64,000 nucleotides of DNA. Origin: Stylophora pistillata. Its lineage: Eukaryota. The DNA is taken from contig NW_019217993.1 of assembly GCF_002571385.2 (NCBI RefSeq), positions 131,341 to 195,340 of the forward strand. The letters are read 5' to 3'. The stretch's first letter is position 1; each line of letters opens with the position of its first letter. Positions 13,353 to 26,894 of this stretch are shown piece by piece. The notes beneath the pieces are model-generated. The model worked only from the letters and a program-made list of their open reading frames with translations, was not told the DNA's origin and made no database searches. Made by a program: the position numbers and the translations under genes.

Positions 13353-14064
13353 ATGTTTTCATAAATCGTTCAGACGGAAACTGTCACGCGATGGACAAGT
13401 GGTATGTCTGTTTTCTTCCCAGCGGAATCAGGCTGACGAATACGAGCTAAAAAAACAAATCCGATAAAGAAGTATCATTAGTAGACATATTTAATAGATG
13501 ACTATTGTACTAATTCTCTGGTGATATATATTTTTCATATATTATTCGTTTTGCCTCCTTCAATCCAGCAATATTACACAGAACTTCAAACTTACCATAT
13601 GATTTGCATTTTACATCTTTTAAAACCCAAATAATCTCTGTTGATAGTTTGTGGTTCTCTTTAGACACATTCCATACGAAAGCCATAAAAAATTAATTGC
13701 TTCTTTACTGTTTAACGTGACTAGAATAATCTCTTTTGTTTTCCCGCAACCTCCAAGGCTGTTACATTTATATTTCATACTGATTTTTCTCCAAATTTTT
13801 TTATTTTTTATTTTACATACAAAATTGGGTATCAACTGTGTATGTTGAATAAAAGAGAAAATCGAGGTAATTCAATCTTACTTAAACTGATAACAGTGGT
13901 GCAACAGTAAAGATTTTATGATCATCTTGCAAATTTTGTGAAATTACCTTATCCTTCCCTTACATGCAATTTTTAAAAAAATTTCCGCCGCGACAAAATC
14001 TTTTTAAATACTTCACCCGGTTAAAGCTCGCTAAGATTTAATTTCCCATATATATGAAGTGCAT

Positions 14065-15294
14065 TTAATCCGAATAAACAGAGCTTAAGCTCAGGGAAGT
14101 TTCAAGATTTTCACTGCTGGCTCCTCTCCCAAGATGGAACTGGTCCAGCAACCATTCTAGTCGAACTTTATCGTCGCTCAGTTTTCTCTGGTATTGTCCT
14201 TTCAGAACTCTCTTCAGATCCTTTTTTTCGTTGGTGCACTTATTCTCTATTTCAAGTTTGTCTCGTTCGAATTTCAGCTGCAAAGTTTGTATTTCCAGCT
14301 CGTAACATTTTTCAAGCTGTTCCTTCTGATATCTCAAGACAGAGATGTCGTGTTCGTAACCTTGAATTTCGGACTCAAATTTCAGTCTCTCTTGTTGTAA
14401 AATGCGCCGGAAATCCACGTCAAATTTACGCCTGATATCGTCTTTCTCTTTTCGAAAGTGTTCCTCCATGTCAGACTTTTCCCTCTTAAAGATATTCATT
14501 AAATCGTTTTTCTGCTGTTTGAATCGCTTTTCCATGTCAATGATTTCCGATGCGAACTGGTGCTCGACTTGTTTGTGTTTATTAGCGTAGTGCGAATGCA
14601 TCCTGTTCTTTTCTTGGTTCAATGATTTTAACAAGTCCTCTCTGTCCACGCTTAACTCTGCATCTAAGAGCGATTTGAAGTGCATGTCTACCTCAGGCTG
14701 CTCATGGTTGTACACTGTCTCCAAAAATGCGTTTTCCTCCAAGTAAATATTTTCCAGATCGCCTAAGCCCTGACACAAAGTTCGCTTTAATTCCTTTTCA
14801 ACGTCCTCGATTCGTTCGAGTTCTTTACGTATTGTCGCCTCCATTTCTGTCTTTTCAGCCCTGAAGCCCTCCTCTTTGTCCTTCAAACTTTTTTCGAAAC
14901 TTTTCTTCAATTCCTTTTTCTCTCTCTCAAAATTTTCCAGGAGATTTTCCCTCTCGCGATCCCATGAATCCATCAACGCTGATTTCTCGTCGTCAAACGA
15001 CAGTTTCAAAACATGTTTCGCCTCCTGGAATTCCAGGCGAATATTATCTTTCTCTTTCAAGAATGCCTGTCTCATTTCTTCCTTCTCGCATTCAAAGGCC
15101 TTTTTCATGTTCTCCTTCTCAGCCTCAAACGCAAAACGCATTTCGTTTTTCTCATCTTCGTGGGCGCGCTCGACTAATTCTCTGTCGTGGAGAAATCTTC
15201 GAACGATTTCCGCTTTTTCCTCCAGAAACTGCCGCTGATCGTCCGAGATGTCGAAGAGGTGTTCCTTAGAGTTCTTCGACGAGGACTTTTCCAT
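14065..15294 (-). CDS. Single-exon coiled-coil protein, 409 aa (gene 5); probable distant member of the same family
   Basis: ATG-to-TAA ORF with ten consecutive 11-mers (FEAEKENMKKA FECEKEEMRQA FLKEKDNIRLE ...). EKDDIRRKF...ISVLRYQKEQLE parallels gene 1 EKIELRSHL...INFLKEQKRELE. Confidence 0.8.
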   Translation of the reverse strand: MEKSSSKNSKEHLFDISDDQRQFLEEKAEIVRRFLHDRELVERAHEDEKNEMRFAFEAEKENMKKAFECEKEEMRQAFLKEKDNIRLEFQEAKHVLKLSFDDEKSALMDSWDRERENLLENFEREKKELKKSFEKSLKDKEEGFRAEKTEMEATIRKELERIEDVEKELKRTLCQGLGDLENIYLEENAFLETVYNHEQPEVDMHFKSLLDAELSVDREDLLKSLNQEKNRMHSHYANKHKQVEHQFASEIIDMEKRFKQQKNDLMNIFKREKSDMEEHFRKEKDDIRRKFDVDFRRILQQERLKFESEIQGYEHDISVLRYQKEQLEKCYELEIQTLQLKFERDKLEIENKCTNEKKDLKRVLKGQYQRKLSDDKVRLEWLLDQFHLGRGASSENLETSLSLSSVYSD

Positions 15295-16655
15295 AACTTA
15301 CCGTTTGATTTACAAGCTCCAATTTACGAATCTTATTTAAATTCAAAGCGCATTTCACGGCGGTAGAACTCAAGCCGCGCCAGTGATCCTTGATCAAGAC
15401 ATTTTATAGTCGATCGATAATCCGGAAACCCTGCGTGCGCACTTTTATGACCACAACTTCGCATTAGTAGCTTGTCACTTCTTGAACGTCAAAAAAACTT
15501 CCTTTATACTGCTTTTCAACAGCCGAGAATAACACAGAACGGATCAGTTTAAAAAAAACGCTTAGCTGACTTCAAAAAATCAGCGATCTGTGAACGACTT
15601 CGATAAACACAGTACAACTAAGTCTCGATTATTTTAGACAAACACTTTTACTTTCAACCAAATCTGCATATAAATCGATTTTGTTGCTATCTAGGACTGA
15701 ACTAATTGTCGGGTGTTTGATGGTGGAATAATTTCTAAAAACACCACCTGGCGAGGCTCAGTCGAAGCTAATTGATTCTACGTTGTCGACACACATTTGA
15801 AGCAAATTTGAAAAGCGGTAGTCATTCGCGAGAAACTTCATTAAAAATTGTTTTTAGTGAGTTAGCGCCGAGAAATAAACAGCTTTGTCTACGCCGTAAA
15901 AGCTCTCCTCGAAGTAAGAATTGATGCGATACAAATAACCTTTTAACTTAAAGTTGACCTCCACCAGTGTCGAAAGACGGCCAATTTCAAGGTCTATTTA
16001 TTTTGTAAGAAGGCTTTACAAATTTGTACCCGACGTCAAGCACTTTTTTATTTGAAATGAGAAATTAATTCATGTACCCGGATAGCGACAGGTACCCGGG
16101 AAGTCTTTATTTCTCGCCCTGTAGGCGCCTGGCTAGGAGCTGACACCTTTGTTTTGGAAACATTTTATCGAAAAGCAATCTGTGTTTTTAGCCGGTTGAA
16201 TGATTTAGATGATACACACACCCACTCGACTTCAGTTACGTCACCAACTGTACCAAAACATTCCAACTTTCTGTACTTCTGCGGTGAATTCATTTTTTGT
16301 TTTAGAATTTCATGGTTACTCGTTTCTCTGACTTGATTAGCCCTGTTTTCTTACGATTCGGCCATAAGTGCACCACTCGTAAGGCAAGATAAACTGAAGT
16401 GTAATCTCCAGGCAAATTTGAAAACCAAAGCTCTGAAATCGGCTTGCATTAAGGTCATTATATAGGCCCGTCGATGAAGTCTTAATAACTAATAAGTTCT
16501 CCGGAGGACTATTCATAATAATGTCTATCAATATTGCGTGCGATGGAAAATTTGAAACAGTCAATTCCCTGAGATACGGTTCAGGATTTCAAAGCAATAG
16601 ATTAGGGGGACTAACGAAAAAAATCGGACAGAGAAAATAGAAGAGGTTATCAATC

Positions 16656-17050
16656 GGTGTCCGGTCTTTTCGTCCAAGAGTCTTTTCGTCCGAGTCTTTT
16701 CGTCCAAAAGTATTTTCACCTAAGTCTGTTCGTTTACTTGTTAAGTCTTTTCTCGAAGNNNNNNNNNNNNACGCGAAAGAAATGGGAATATTAGGCTTGC
16801 TGTTAAGCGTCTATTGAGCGTAAAAGGCAACGAAGTGTAACTTCAGTACGTGTCCGACATACCCGAATTGCGGCGGCTCACAACAAGTTCTTTATATAGC
16901 CTTATCTAGCCTTCTAAAAGTTATTCATTTGCTTCGAGAAAAGAGTTAACAAGTAAACGAACAGACTTAGGTGAAAATGCTTTTGGACAAAAAGACTTGG
17001 ACGAATAGACTTTTGGACGAAAAGACTTCTGGACGAAAAGACCGTAATTC
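16656..17050. mobile_element. Foldback MITE with ~100-bp inverted arms and an 8-bp target-site duplication
   Basis: Arms built of gtcttttcgtcc repeats and their reverse complement. tatcaatc flanks both sides (16648-16655, 17051-17058). Assembly Ns at 16759-16770. Confidence 0.82.
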
Positions 17051-17762
17051 TATCAATCACCGTAAGAGAACTTGAATGACGTGTTCAAAACTGAACTGAA
17101 AATCAACTTAAATTCTTCAATTCCACATCGAATTGCAATTCGGCTTCGTCGAGAAACCAACCTTTTTTCCCCGTCCACCGCAGTGATTCATTCAAAAGCC
17201 TTAAATGGCCAGTATTGGAACTATTCTGATACAGCTTTAAGTTTCAAAAGCCACACAAAAACTGTCACAGATTACTCCTTTTCCTTGGAAAGGAAACAGA
17301 TTCGAGTCGGCACCCACCACAGAAAATAAACAAAAAAAAAATTCATTTCCTGATATTCGGACACCACCTCCGACGATTTTATACAGAACGTCCTCTCCCC
17401 CTCCCCTAATGAATAAAACTTCATTATCAAGTGGTTGTACAGATATAATTTTGCCAATCGTCCAGTGCAACTGCTTACCCATCACTCACGGATACACATA
17501 CTGATGGACCATGTAAAGATCAGGTTAACAAATCTCTCACTGACGAGTTGACACTTTCGAGTGTGCATTTTCAGCAATCCTTCTCAGTAAGCTCTCTTGG
17601 TAAGTTTAAAAAAAGGAAAAAGGAATGAGCCGAAATAACCAAAACAGAAGCAAATGAGCTATATTGTCCCTCCTCGTTCTCAACCCTTCTGAACAATCCA
17701 TGTAGTCTCTCGGCCTGACGGAGAAGAACTGGGAAAAAGCTTGGAACAGAGGAGTAGAATTC

Positions 17763-17772
17763 AACATGGCGG
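17763..17772 (+). promoter_or_regulatory. YY1-type motif AACATGGCGG in a CpG-rich putative promoter
   Basis: The motif is followed by a splice donor at 17981 and a sharp drop in CpG; the ORF from this ATG is only 17 codons. Confidence 0.4.
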
Positions 17773-19030
17773 CGGATGTGGTTGGATATGAAGGAAAATC
17801 ACACTTGGCTTTAGAATAAAACCTCGGACAGGAATGTAACTTGACATTTCTAATATTTTAAGCGAATTTTCCAGCATTTGGTGGCATGTGGACCCAAGAC
17901 AGAGAGAAACGGCGGCTGCAAAACAAAGAAACGAAAGCCACGTTTTTCACGTGAATTCTGAACATTCATGTCAAGAAGAGGTACGTGGAGAAATCCTGCC
18001 AAAGGCGGGTTATTTTATTATGTTTCTACAGCCTGATCTTTTGTTTTGCTGGCTTTGCTGGTTTGTCAGTTCGTATGCTAGTAAGCTAAGTTAATGATTA
18101 AGCTAATACTTAGCTAGCAAATGATTATGCCCATTCTAGTAAAAATATAAAGTTGCATAATGCGGTAAATTTGATAGTAACTCAGAAGAACTATGGGTAC
18201 CTGGGTGTGTGTGTGTGTGTGTTAAAAAAAAAAACAGGAGCCTTTTTTTCGTAGCACCATAGTACTGATATGTTTCCTTGCGAGTTTATTTAAACAGCAT
18301 AAAATTAAATGCTGCCTGGATTAATATTATTATTAACTGATTCAAGTATCAGCTTGTGTTCTTCAAGACACATTGCATAAAGCAGGTGGAAAAATTGGAC
18401 AGCTCAAAATAAGCACTCAAACCTTCTAACTGGTTAAACTTCTAACTGGATGCACATGTGCATCAGTTAAATGCATGGAATCATGGTTTAGCATGTCATT
18501 ATACTGCAACACCCTTCAGATTGAATTCATTGGGTCAATGCTAAATTAATATGTGATATTGCTTGAGCAATCAACCTGAATTTTCTGTAAGATTTGGACA
18601 TCCTTCCAACCGACAGTGCTTGTTAAGTTGTTAGATCATCGAACTAAAATATTATTTTAGCACATTTTTAAGCACTAAATTTCGTGATTTCACAAAAAAA
18701 AAAATTGAGAATAAAGGTTAAGACAGACCATTACAAACTCCCTATCTGGCTTTTGTGGTCATGTCACATTATCAAATTTCTAACAGCCAAGTCAGAAATT
18801 TGATAATGTGACAAAGGGTCTCAAAACTCATTCCAACACCCATAATAGTCAAATGTAAAATCAGGCTAACTCTTGCGAGATCTGTTCACAAGATGAATGC
18901 ACCTCATATACATCTTTCATGGTCAAATCAAAGAACCACATCTTTCATATCAAACTGGATGCCAGCAGTTCAGCCTTATATTGCCCTTGAGCTACTTGGA
19001 AAATGTCATAACACAACTTGCGGAGATTAC

Positions 19031-21860
19031 TTCATTCATTCATTCATTTATTCACACTTATTCTACTAAAAATACAACAACGAGAAAGAGAAAAAGTAGA
19101 AAAAAAAAAAAGAAGAGAGTTCTAATTATACATGAATTTACACAAAGCAGTGGAAAGAGTGTGTAGTAGCCAAAGGAGCCAAGCTTTCAAGTTGGCCACT
19201 ACCACAGAGCAGTTATGGATGGGTGAAAGTTAAATACACTTGAGGAGATAGCACATAAAATTATACTAAATAGTTAAAATAGTAAAATAGAGCTCTATGA
19301 TAAGTTAAAGTTGTTCAAGATGTCTGCCTGCCAAGTAGGAAGAGTTTATATTCTTTTTTAAAGCTTTTGGCAGGGAGACACTTTATTTTAATAGGTATCA
19401 GTTATTTTTACATTTTTTATCTCATTTTGTTAATTATTATTGTTATTTTATGTCTTGCATGATGGCCCCCCTTTGCAAGACTAATAAATGTAGATGTAGA
19501 TGTAGATCATTTGCCAGATCTGTGATGTCACCACACTAAATCTTGCTAGACCATAATTGGTTCTAGAGAACGGTCTGTACAAGTTTTGATTAGTGGCATA
19601 CCTAGTAGAGTAATTATGGATAGCTGAAGCCGGTTGGGCTAGATCATAGAGGACTGGAGGTACATTCTTTTTTTGATGCACAAGAGAGCCAATTTTTAAT
19701 TTAAAAATATTCTCTAATCTTAAGATTTCTAATAGTGTGAAATATGGTGTAGAACTTTCTCTTTTGCTAGCAAAGAAGATGCGGCGGATACCGTTGTTTT
19801 GACTTATTTTGATTTTATTTAACCTGGTCTGGTATGCAGTTCCCCAGCACATCAATCCATATGTTAGACATGGATATATGAGAGTATAGTACAGTTGTTT
19901 GGGTGTGCTCACAGGTAAATAATGTCTAAGCTTAGATAGAATTCCGATGTTTTTTGTTATTTTATTGTTTATGTGCTGGAGCTGAGCATCCCATTTTAAA
20001 TGTTCATCAGTAAAAACCCCCAAATATTTTATCTGAGATTTTTGTTCTATATTGCAAGCTGTTATTCTGATATTTGGTCTCTTTTTAAGTGAAGTAATAA
20101 TCATATAATTAGTCTTCTTGAAATTAGTTGACAGCATATTATTTTGCTGCACAGTATTTTAAGACTTTTCTAAGTTCTTCATCAATAACTGATTGGAGCT
20201 GCTCAGGGTCTTTTGAAGAATAAAACATATTTGTATCATCTGCAAAAATCCTAAGAGTTAATTTCTCTGAAGACCTAGGCAAATCGTTAATATACAACAG
20301 AAACAGCAACGGACCTCATTTGGAGCCTTGGGGTACACTGCATGTAATAGTTTTCAGGCTAGATTCTGTATTACCAACTATGACATATTACTTATGATTA
20401 GTTATATAGCTCGAAAACCATGCATGGGGGACTCCTCGGATCCCATATTTGTATAATTTTCCTAAGAGAATATGATGGTTAATTGTGTCAAAGGCCTTAG
20501 AAAAGTCTAAGAATATACCACATGTAATTTGTTGACTGTCAATTGCTGACTTCAAGTTCTCTACAGTTTCGAGAATTGCATATTCCATGGAATATCCCTT
20601 TGGAAAGCCAAATTGATAGTTAAAAAGGAGACATTCTTTTTCTAAATAGGACACAAGCTGGTCATATACTAGTCTTTCCAGTACTTTACTGAAGGGAGAA
20701 ATAACTGCTATTGGTCTATAATTACCTAACTCAGATACAGTACGGCTTTTAAGTATTAGGGTTACTTTTGATATCTGAAAGACTTCAGGAAATTCCCCTG
20801 ATGATTTTGACTCATTGTAGATCTCAGTGAAGGGTGCAGAGAGCTGTTCAGCTGCAAGTTTGATAAGCTTATTAGGAACAGTGAGTGATGCTTTATTTTC
20901 TTTTAGCCCAGCAAACAATGTAAACACTTGTGCTAGGGTTGCTGGAGCAAGGTAGAAGCTGTTTGATGGTGTAGATTCTATGTATTGCAAAGGGTTTGTA
21001 TGATCGGGTTTAATTTTCTGTGCTAAAGTTGGCCCAATGTTGACAAAGAAATTATTGAATAATTGAGCAATGTCCTTTTCTTGTGAATAAGTCCTGTTAT
21101 TATGACTGAGTAATTTTTGTAGGGAAAGTTTGACCTCTTGTTTTCCTTTTAACAAGAGTACCGATAAGTTTCCAAGTTTGTTTAAGATTATCGTTGTACT
21201 TTGAGAATTGCATGCTATAATAGTCTGTCTTACTTTTATTCTTAAGATGTGAAAGAATAGCTGCATAATGTTTATATTCCCTTTTTTTGGGGAGACATTG
21301 CTTAAGTAATATGTACGGTACATTTTCTGTTTCCTTTTTACTGATTTTAAAATAGCCTTAGTGAGCCATGGCTTATTAAGTTGCTTTTGTTCGCTTTGGC
21401 TAGCCAGCCTGATAGGTGCATGTTTGTCAACAATTTCATTCAGGATATTAATTGTCTCCCTTAGCTTCTCATTTAAATTATTTTGGGGATTAAGGATTTC
21501 ATGCCAAGCAATCTGATTTATATCATCCAAGTATAGGTCTTTCTTAAATTTAGAATAGTCTCGAAAATATATTTTATTGTCATTGTTCCATGTGGGCTGG
21601 GTTTTAACTATGCAGAAAATGGGGAGATGATCTGTTAAATCAACTGTCAGGATTCCTGCTGTAAGTTTTTTAAAACAATTTGTATATATATGGTCAATGA
21701 GTGTTGCTGTATGATCAGTAAGCCTGGTAGGTTTAGTAATGATTGGTAAGATGTTGTTGGCATAGAGCATATCTAAGAATTCTTCAGTTTGGACGTGTGT
21801 ATTAAATTTCAGGAAATTTATATTCATATCTCCAAAGATGTAAATTTCATGCCTATTGGA
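19031..21860 (-). mobile_element. 5'-truncated, inactivated CR1/L2-type non-LTR retrotransposon (APE tail plus RT)
   Basis: Endonuclease motifs PTR..TLIDHIY..TDHLPIF; RT motifs NYRPI, QFGF, FLDFSKAFDT, VPQGS (~20325-20340), FADDTN (~20230-20250) and IKYLGV. It carries stops and frameshifts, and has a 3' (GAAT)n tail at ~19031-19052. Confidence 0.92.
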
Positions 21861-22794
21861 TCACCTCTCACAAAAAGGGAAAATCCTTTACGAAATGCTT
21901 TGAGAGCAAAATATAATTAGAAGGTGATAATGTGATGCAATCACAAAAGCCACATGGGGAGAGAAATTGCTGGTCTGTCTTTACCTTTATTCTCTGATTG
22001 GCCAGCAAACAATGAAGCTGCATCATTGCCCACTCGTGCGCTTAACTGTGAATCCTTCCCTTTAAGCAATAGCAATACAGTCAACCCTATCATTAGCTGA
22101 CACCCTCGGGAATTTGAAAAGTGTCCATTAATGGAGCTCTTGCCCACAAGAATTATTCTCATGAGCAGAAACCAAAGGAAAATTGGATGGATGTCTGTTT
22201 ATGGGAGAGAAACAAGATGGAAAGTACACTGTAGACCATGACAAACATGGCCAATTAACATGACAGTATAAATTATGGTTATGTCGGACTCCTGCTAATT
22301 TCAAATGAACAAACAGCTTGCTGTCCTGTGGAAATGGAAATTTTATAAAACTGATCTCAACTGATCTCCGCTGATCTGTTGCCTTGTGAAAGGTCATATT
22401 TTTGTTGATTTGCAAATTAAAGGCAAATTTCATTGCTGAGAGTCAATTATTATGTATGGGGTGCACGTGGCTACTTACAAGAGAGTGTAAACAAAACAAA
22501 TTTTCACTTTTAAAAGTGTCTGCTTCCATTTATAAGAGAGTGTCTGCTCCTGGGAATGTGTAAATACAGCATTTGAGTGGGAGGCAAAACGGGTAGTTGA
22601 ATAAAGTATCTTGTAAGTTGGAAATTTTTTCTTCATCAGAATAGAGGTATGTTAGTTGCAAAAGTTCCACTTTTAAAATTTTTCTCCAATGTGCAAATTC
22701 AATTCTAAACTCAATAAATTTGATTTCACTGCATTGTGACAAATGAAAGCAGAGAAATAAAAATAAAAAACATTTGAGCAGTGCATAGAACTTT

Positions 22795-23033
22795 TGACCC
22801 TTTAAATCCCAAAAGTGACCAGCAATTAATTCCTCACTTATGATACACAATTAATTCCTCCTTACAATAACACTGCTGAATCATTCATAAAGATCATGAA
22901 AATAAAGGAAAGGATCACAACTTAACTTGAGAAGCTGTGATTGTTAAATGAATTACCCTTGTCTGTACCAATGGAAATGTATAGAGAAACAAATGGAGAA
23001 TATGGACACTATTATAAGGATGTAAAAGGTTTA
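22795..23033. mobile_element. TTAACCC-type interspersed repeat, copy 2
   Basis: ttgaccctttaaatcccaaaagtgaccagca...ggaaatgtatagagaa..atggagaatatg; matches 34289-34495. Confidence 0.6.
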
Positions 23034-24319
23034 ATTACGAATGCTAAGCTATTTTCTTGGTGACAAAGTATTGTGCTTTTGACAGAAATTATTTTCATTG
23101 CCTCTCCTAAAATTAGAACTTCAGAGAGGCTTCATCAAAATCAACAGCAAGTGTGAAAAACCCCTTGGCAAAAACTTTGAAGTACAAACTCCAAATTCTT
23201 GAACTACAGTATGAACATATGCAGAACTTTACACTGTACTTTGTGGTGTTTGTTGCCTTGTAAAGAAGAAGAACAGGAAAATTTTGACCAGTTCTTTGAA
23301 GCAACAGAAAAAGTGGCTATCATTTTTATAACCAAGGGATAGAGAAGTCTAGTTGAGCTGTTTCACTTTTATCATGCAACAAAATATAGATCTTGGGATA
23401 TGCAACCTTTCACTTTAACTGCTGTTAAATATTATGATTCTTACCAATCAGATGATGCTTACTTTGTGTGGTAATGTTAGAGGTTTTTGTTGAGTGTACA
23501 ACTGATGCATGGAGAGATAGTTTTATAACATTTTCAACAGCCTAGTTTAAATGTTTTACTAAGAGAGAAATTCCATCTACTTTGATTCAGTGTCTTCACA
23601 TAAATTATCTCATCAATGTGCATCATGGGTAGATGATGCTTTCTTGTGACTTTGTAACCTTTATCAATTAAGAAAAGCATTAATTTTGTAAGTTATGTGC
23701 TTATCAATTGAAAGCTTTAACATTCCCTCTCGCAGGCAACCCATTGGCATTTGAGGGCCTCTGTGCCTAGGATGGGGAATTTTCAACCTTGCCTGGGTGG
23801 AGTGGGGCATTTGAATCAGAAGAGTCTAGTCTTTCCAGCATCATACACATGTTTTAATGGAGGAGTTTGAAGGTTAAGGGTCTGTTTTCATGAACAAATG
23901 GCTCAGAGAGATAATTTTACTTCACTGAATGATGCTTTCAAGGGAAAAACCTAACTGATGGTTGTATTTTTCTTGTTACTTAACAGTTTTAAAAAGTTTG
24001 ACAAGTCTTTCAAAGTATGATGGTTTTATTGTCATTTGTTTTCAGAAGATTTTTTCACACTAAAGAAGTAGAAACAAGACCAAAAATAGAAGAGTTTTCT
24101 AACCAGAGAATTGTGAAAAAGAGGAATGTTCATGCTGTTTTGCAATAAGAAAAGGTACCATTTACTCTAAAGAAGATATTTTGCCTTACTGTAGTGCATT
24201 TCATGCTAAATCATGAAGGTATTTCAAATGATAGTGGATGGTGTGTTATTTGGTTTTCTTTACACTTGAGAGGAAATTAAATTTTAAGCACTCACCCCGT
24301 TGATGAATAATTTGCATGA

Positions 24320-24830
24320 ACAGTTGAGTGATTGGAGACTAATGCGCTGACTGGCCGCTGATGGGCTGATTCTGTACTTGACTGACCCGTAGACTAAGTG
24401 GTCAACTGACTGGCTGGTAGGCAGACTGTCTCTGTGGCTTACTGACAGACCGACCTCGTGGTTAGTCGACCAAGTGTTTGAGACACTGGCCAGCTAACTG
24501 ACTTACATATAGTAACTGACTGGTTTGGTAAGAATATGCCTATTTGATAGGGGAAAGAGACAGCTTACAGTTTACCAAAATGACTAAGTCCACTGATTGT
24601 CTGACTGGGCGAGTGACTGAATAATGCATGGGCCGACCGTCTTGCTGATTGACTCACTGCCTAATGCACAGGCTGACTGAGTGCCTGACTGATGGCTGAC
24701 TTACTGAAGAACTTAATGACATGGTGTTCTGATCAGTTGATGTTCTTGCTGTTTGACAGATTGACTCACTGAGTGTTGGCTTGAATGTCTGATTGGCTTA
24801 CTGCTCTGCAGAGAGATTCATTAATGGCTG
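24320..24830. repeat. Degenerate (ACTG/GACT)n microsatellite tract
   Basis: Dense actgactg, gactggct and ctgactga words. Confidence 0.7.
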
Positions 24831-25081
24831 ATGTATGGCTTTCTTTTTTTTAAAATTCATGCAGCTCAGTATGCCTCTATATCATGGATGAAGGTGCCTA
24901 GGTATTTGTAAGGACATCAGTCAGATTGGAGGAGTGTGGTTTTTGCACACTATCAAGACCTTCAAAATAATACATGGCATTGACAAGACATTAATTTTAA
25001 GAGGAGACAGATGGGATAGAAACCTCACAGGTCAGTGTGTAAACTAATAAACTTATCTCAAAGATGCAATATAATTTTACA

Positions 25082-25440
25082 AAAAAGGAAAAGCTTGAAA
25101 TACTCTCTGGTACAGACTGTTTAGATCAGTGAGGCAAATACATTGAAATCTGTCAAAACGCACATACGCACAGGCACTTTACCTCAGAGATTCAGATGTA
25201 GGTTTCCCTTGCTAAGGTGCACTATATTTTTTGGGAAGGGAAATAAATCCAGTTTCCAAATTTTTTATGTGGATCTAAAAAAGGGAAAAAACTTGAAATA
25301 CTCTCTGGCACTGGATGTTAAGATCAGTGGGGCAAATGCACTGAAGTATATACACAACTACCTCACCATGGAGATTCAGATATAGGTTTTCCTTGCAAAA
25401 ATGCACCATATTTTTTGGGGAGGGATAAAAGATCCAGAAA
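25082..25440. repeat. Tandem duplication of a ~195-bp unit
   Basis: cttgaaatactctctgg...agatcagtg.ggcaaat...gagattcagat.taggtt occurs twice in tandem. Confidence 0.8.
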
Positions 25441-26894
25441 AAATTGAAACTAAATGTAGGGAAAGAAAATTACCTTAAAAATAGAGATTTAGATTGATGC
25501 AGGAGTACTTGAAATAATAAAATCACATGTAGCAGATTCTGCAGAAAACAGGAAATGTGAGGAGAGTACAAAATTTTTCAACCTCCCCTCCCCCTTCCCC
25601 TCCCCCCCGTGGCACTTCAACGTGAAAACGTCATAATCAGTGCTCATTCCAGGTTCACTGGAATGGCTGGTATTGGTAATGATTTTTCATGCTACTAACT
25701 GGCAGATACTTTGCATGACTGACTTCCTGAAAACTATCTTCTGTTGATTCTTGTGCTAAAATTTGAAAAACTACAATTCATGAAGCTGTAGGCTGGTAAA
25801 AAAAAAAAAAAAAAAAGACATGTCATGAAATAAGACCGTATCTCGTCCATTCGTTTTCCCTTTGTTTGAATCAAAACAGAACCAGTCGCATTTTTGAAGG
25901 TATTTATTTTGGTGTAGTTCATTCTTAGTTGATATGTGCTCTGCATTACAGTGTGTAATTAGTATTTCAAAGATTGAGAACAGTTTTCACGAGTTTCGAA
26001 GTTTGGAAATGAGAATAAACGGTATTCATGTTACGCGGTAATTGATGTTATATTATGTGGTTCTTGTTTCAGTGTTTTTGGTTGTTTGTAATAGTTTTCA
26101 TGTTGTTGAATTTAATATGTTCACTTAGGGGTCTTCGCATTCGAGGTAGCTCTTTGCCTTCACTTAGTGTTTTATCATTCCGGTTTATTTCTCTTGATGA
26201 ATGTTGCGAGTGTAAAGGTTTTGACATTATTTTTTTTTATTTTCCAATTTATTTCAGATTTTGGAAGGAAGCATAGACGGAAATGGCTACAAGATCATTT
26301 TTACGTCTAAAGGAGGGCATAGTAAGTTTTCTTTTTCTTACTGTGATTGGGATTTGATTTAATTTTTTTTTTTTTAATGTAGACTAAGAGGTGTCACCTT
26401 TTCTTACCTTCCCCACTTCCAAGAGATATGTTTGAGAAATAATTTGACGTCGGGGTTACCGGGTTTCTCGATCTCCTTTGTTTTGTTGAGGACAACAAGG
26501 AAATGACTGTACCAAGGTTTAGTTCGCACGTGCTGAGCCATTATTCTGCTCATTAAACAGTAAATTTTTGTTTCGCCACATTCTCGTTGCCATCATCGCC
26601 CTGGTTGCGTAAGGTCCCTATGATATGGTGCAGGCAGAGTTTGGAGTTGGGTAACGTGCTAATCTGGTTGCGATTAGCGTAAGATTAAAAAGTTATAATT
26701 AACATTAGTGCTATTATTTTCTTCTTCCAGATACTGCAAAGATCATGAACAAGTTTGAAATGGAGTTCTGAGTTATTTTGGTGAGTGACTGAGTGAGTGA
26801 TACGATTGCTGTGTTATTGTGGAACCTTCCAAACAATAAAGGCCGATAGTTTCTAAAGAAACTGTTTGGGGCTGCGTCGGTGGGGGTAACGAAA

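Noticed and set aside
14194-15269. Plus-strand ORFs overlapping the coiled-coil genes (also at 42941-43696, 47016-47266, 54369-55015 and 56925-57893)
   Set aside because: Ser/Phe/Leu-rich antisense shadows of E/K-rich minus-strand codons.
14065-15294. Labelling the coiled-coil ORFs as myosin, trichohyalin or golgin
   Set aside because: No motor, GRIP or other diagnostic domain; such hits would reflect composition, whereas the local paralogy points to ninein.
24385-24393. ACCCGTAGA, matching the 5' end of miR-100
   Set aside because: The match ends after 9 nt, lies in a degenerate ACTG tract and shows no evident hairpin.
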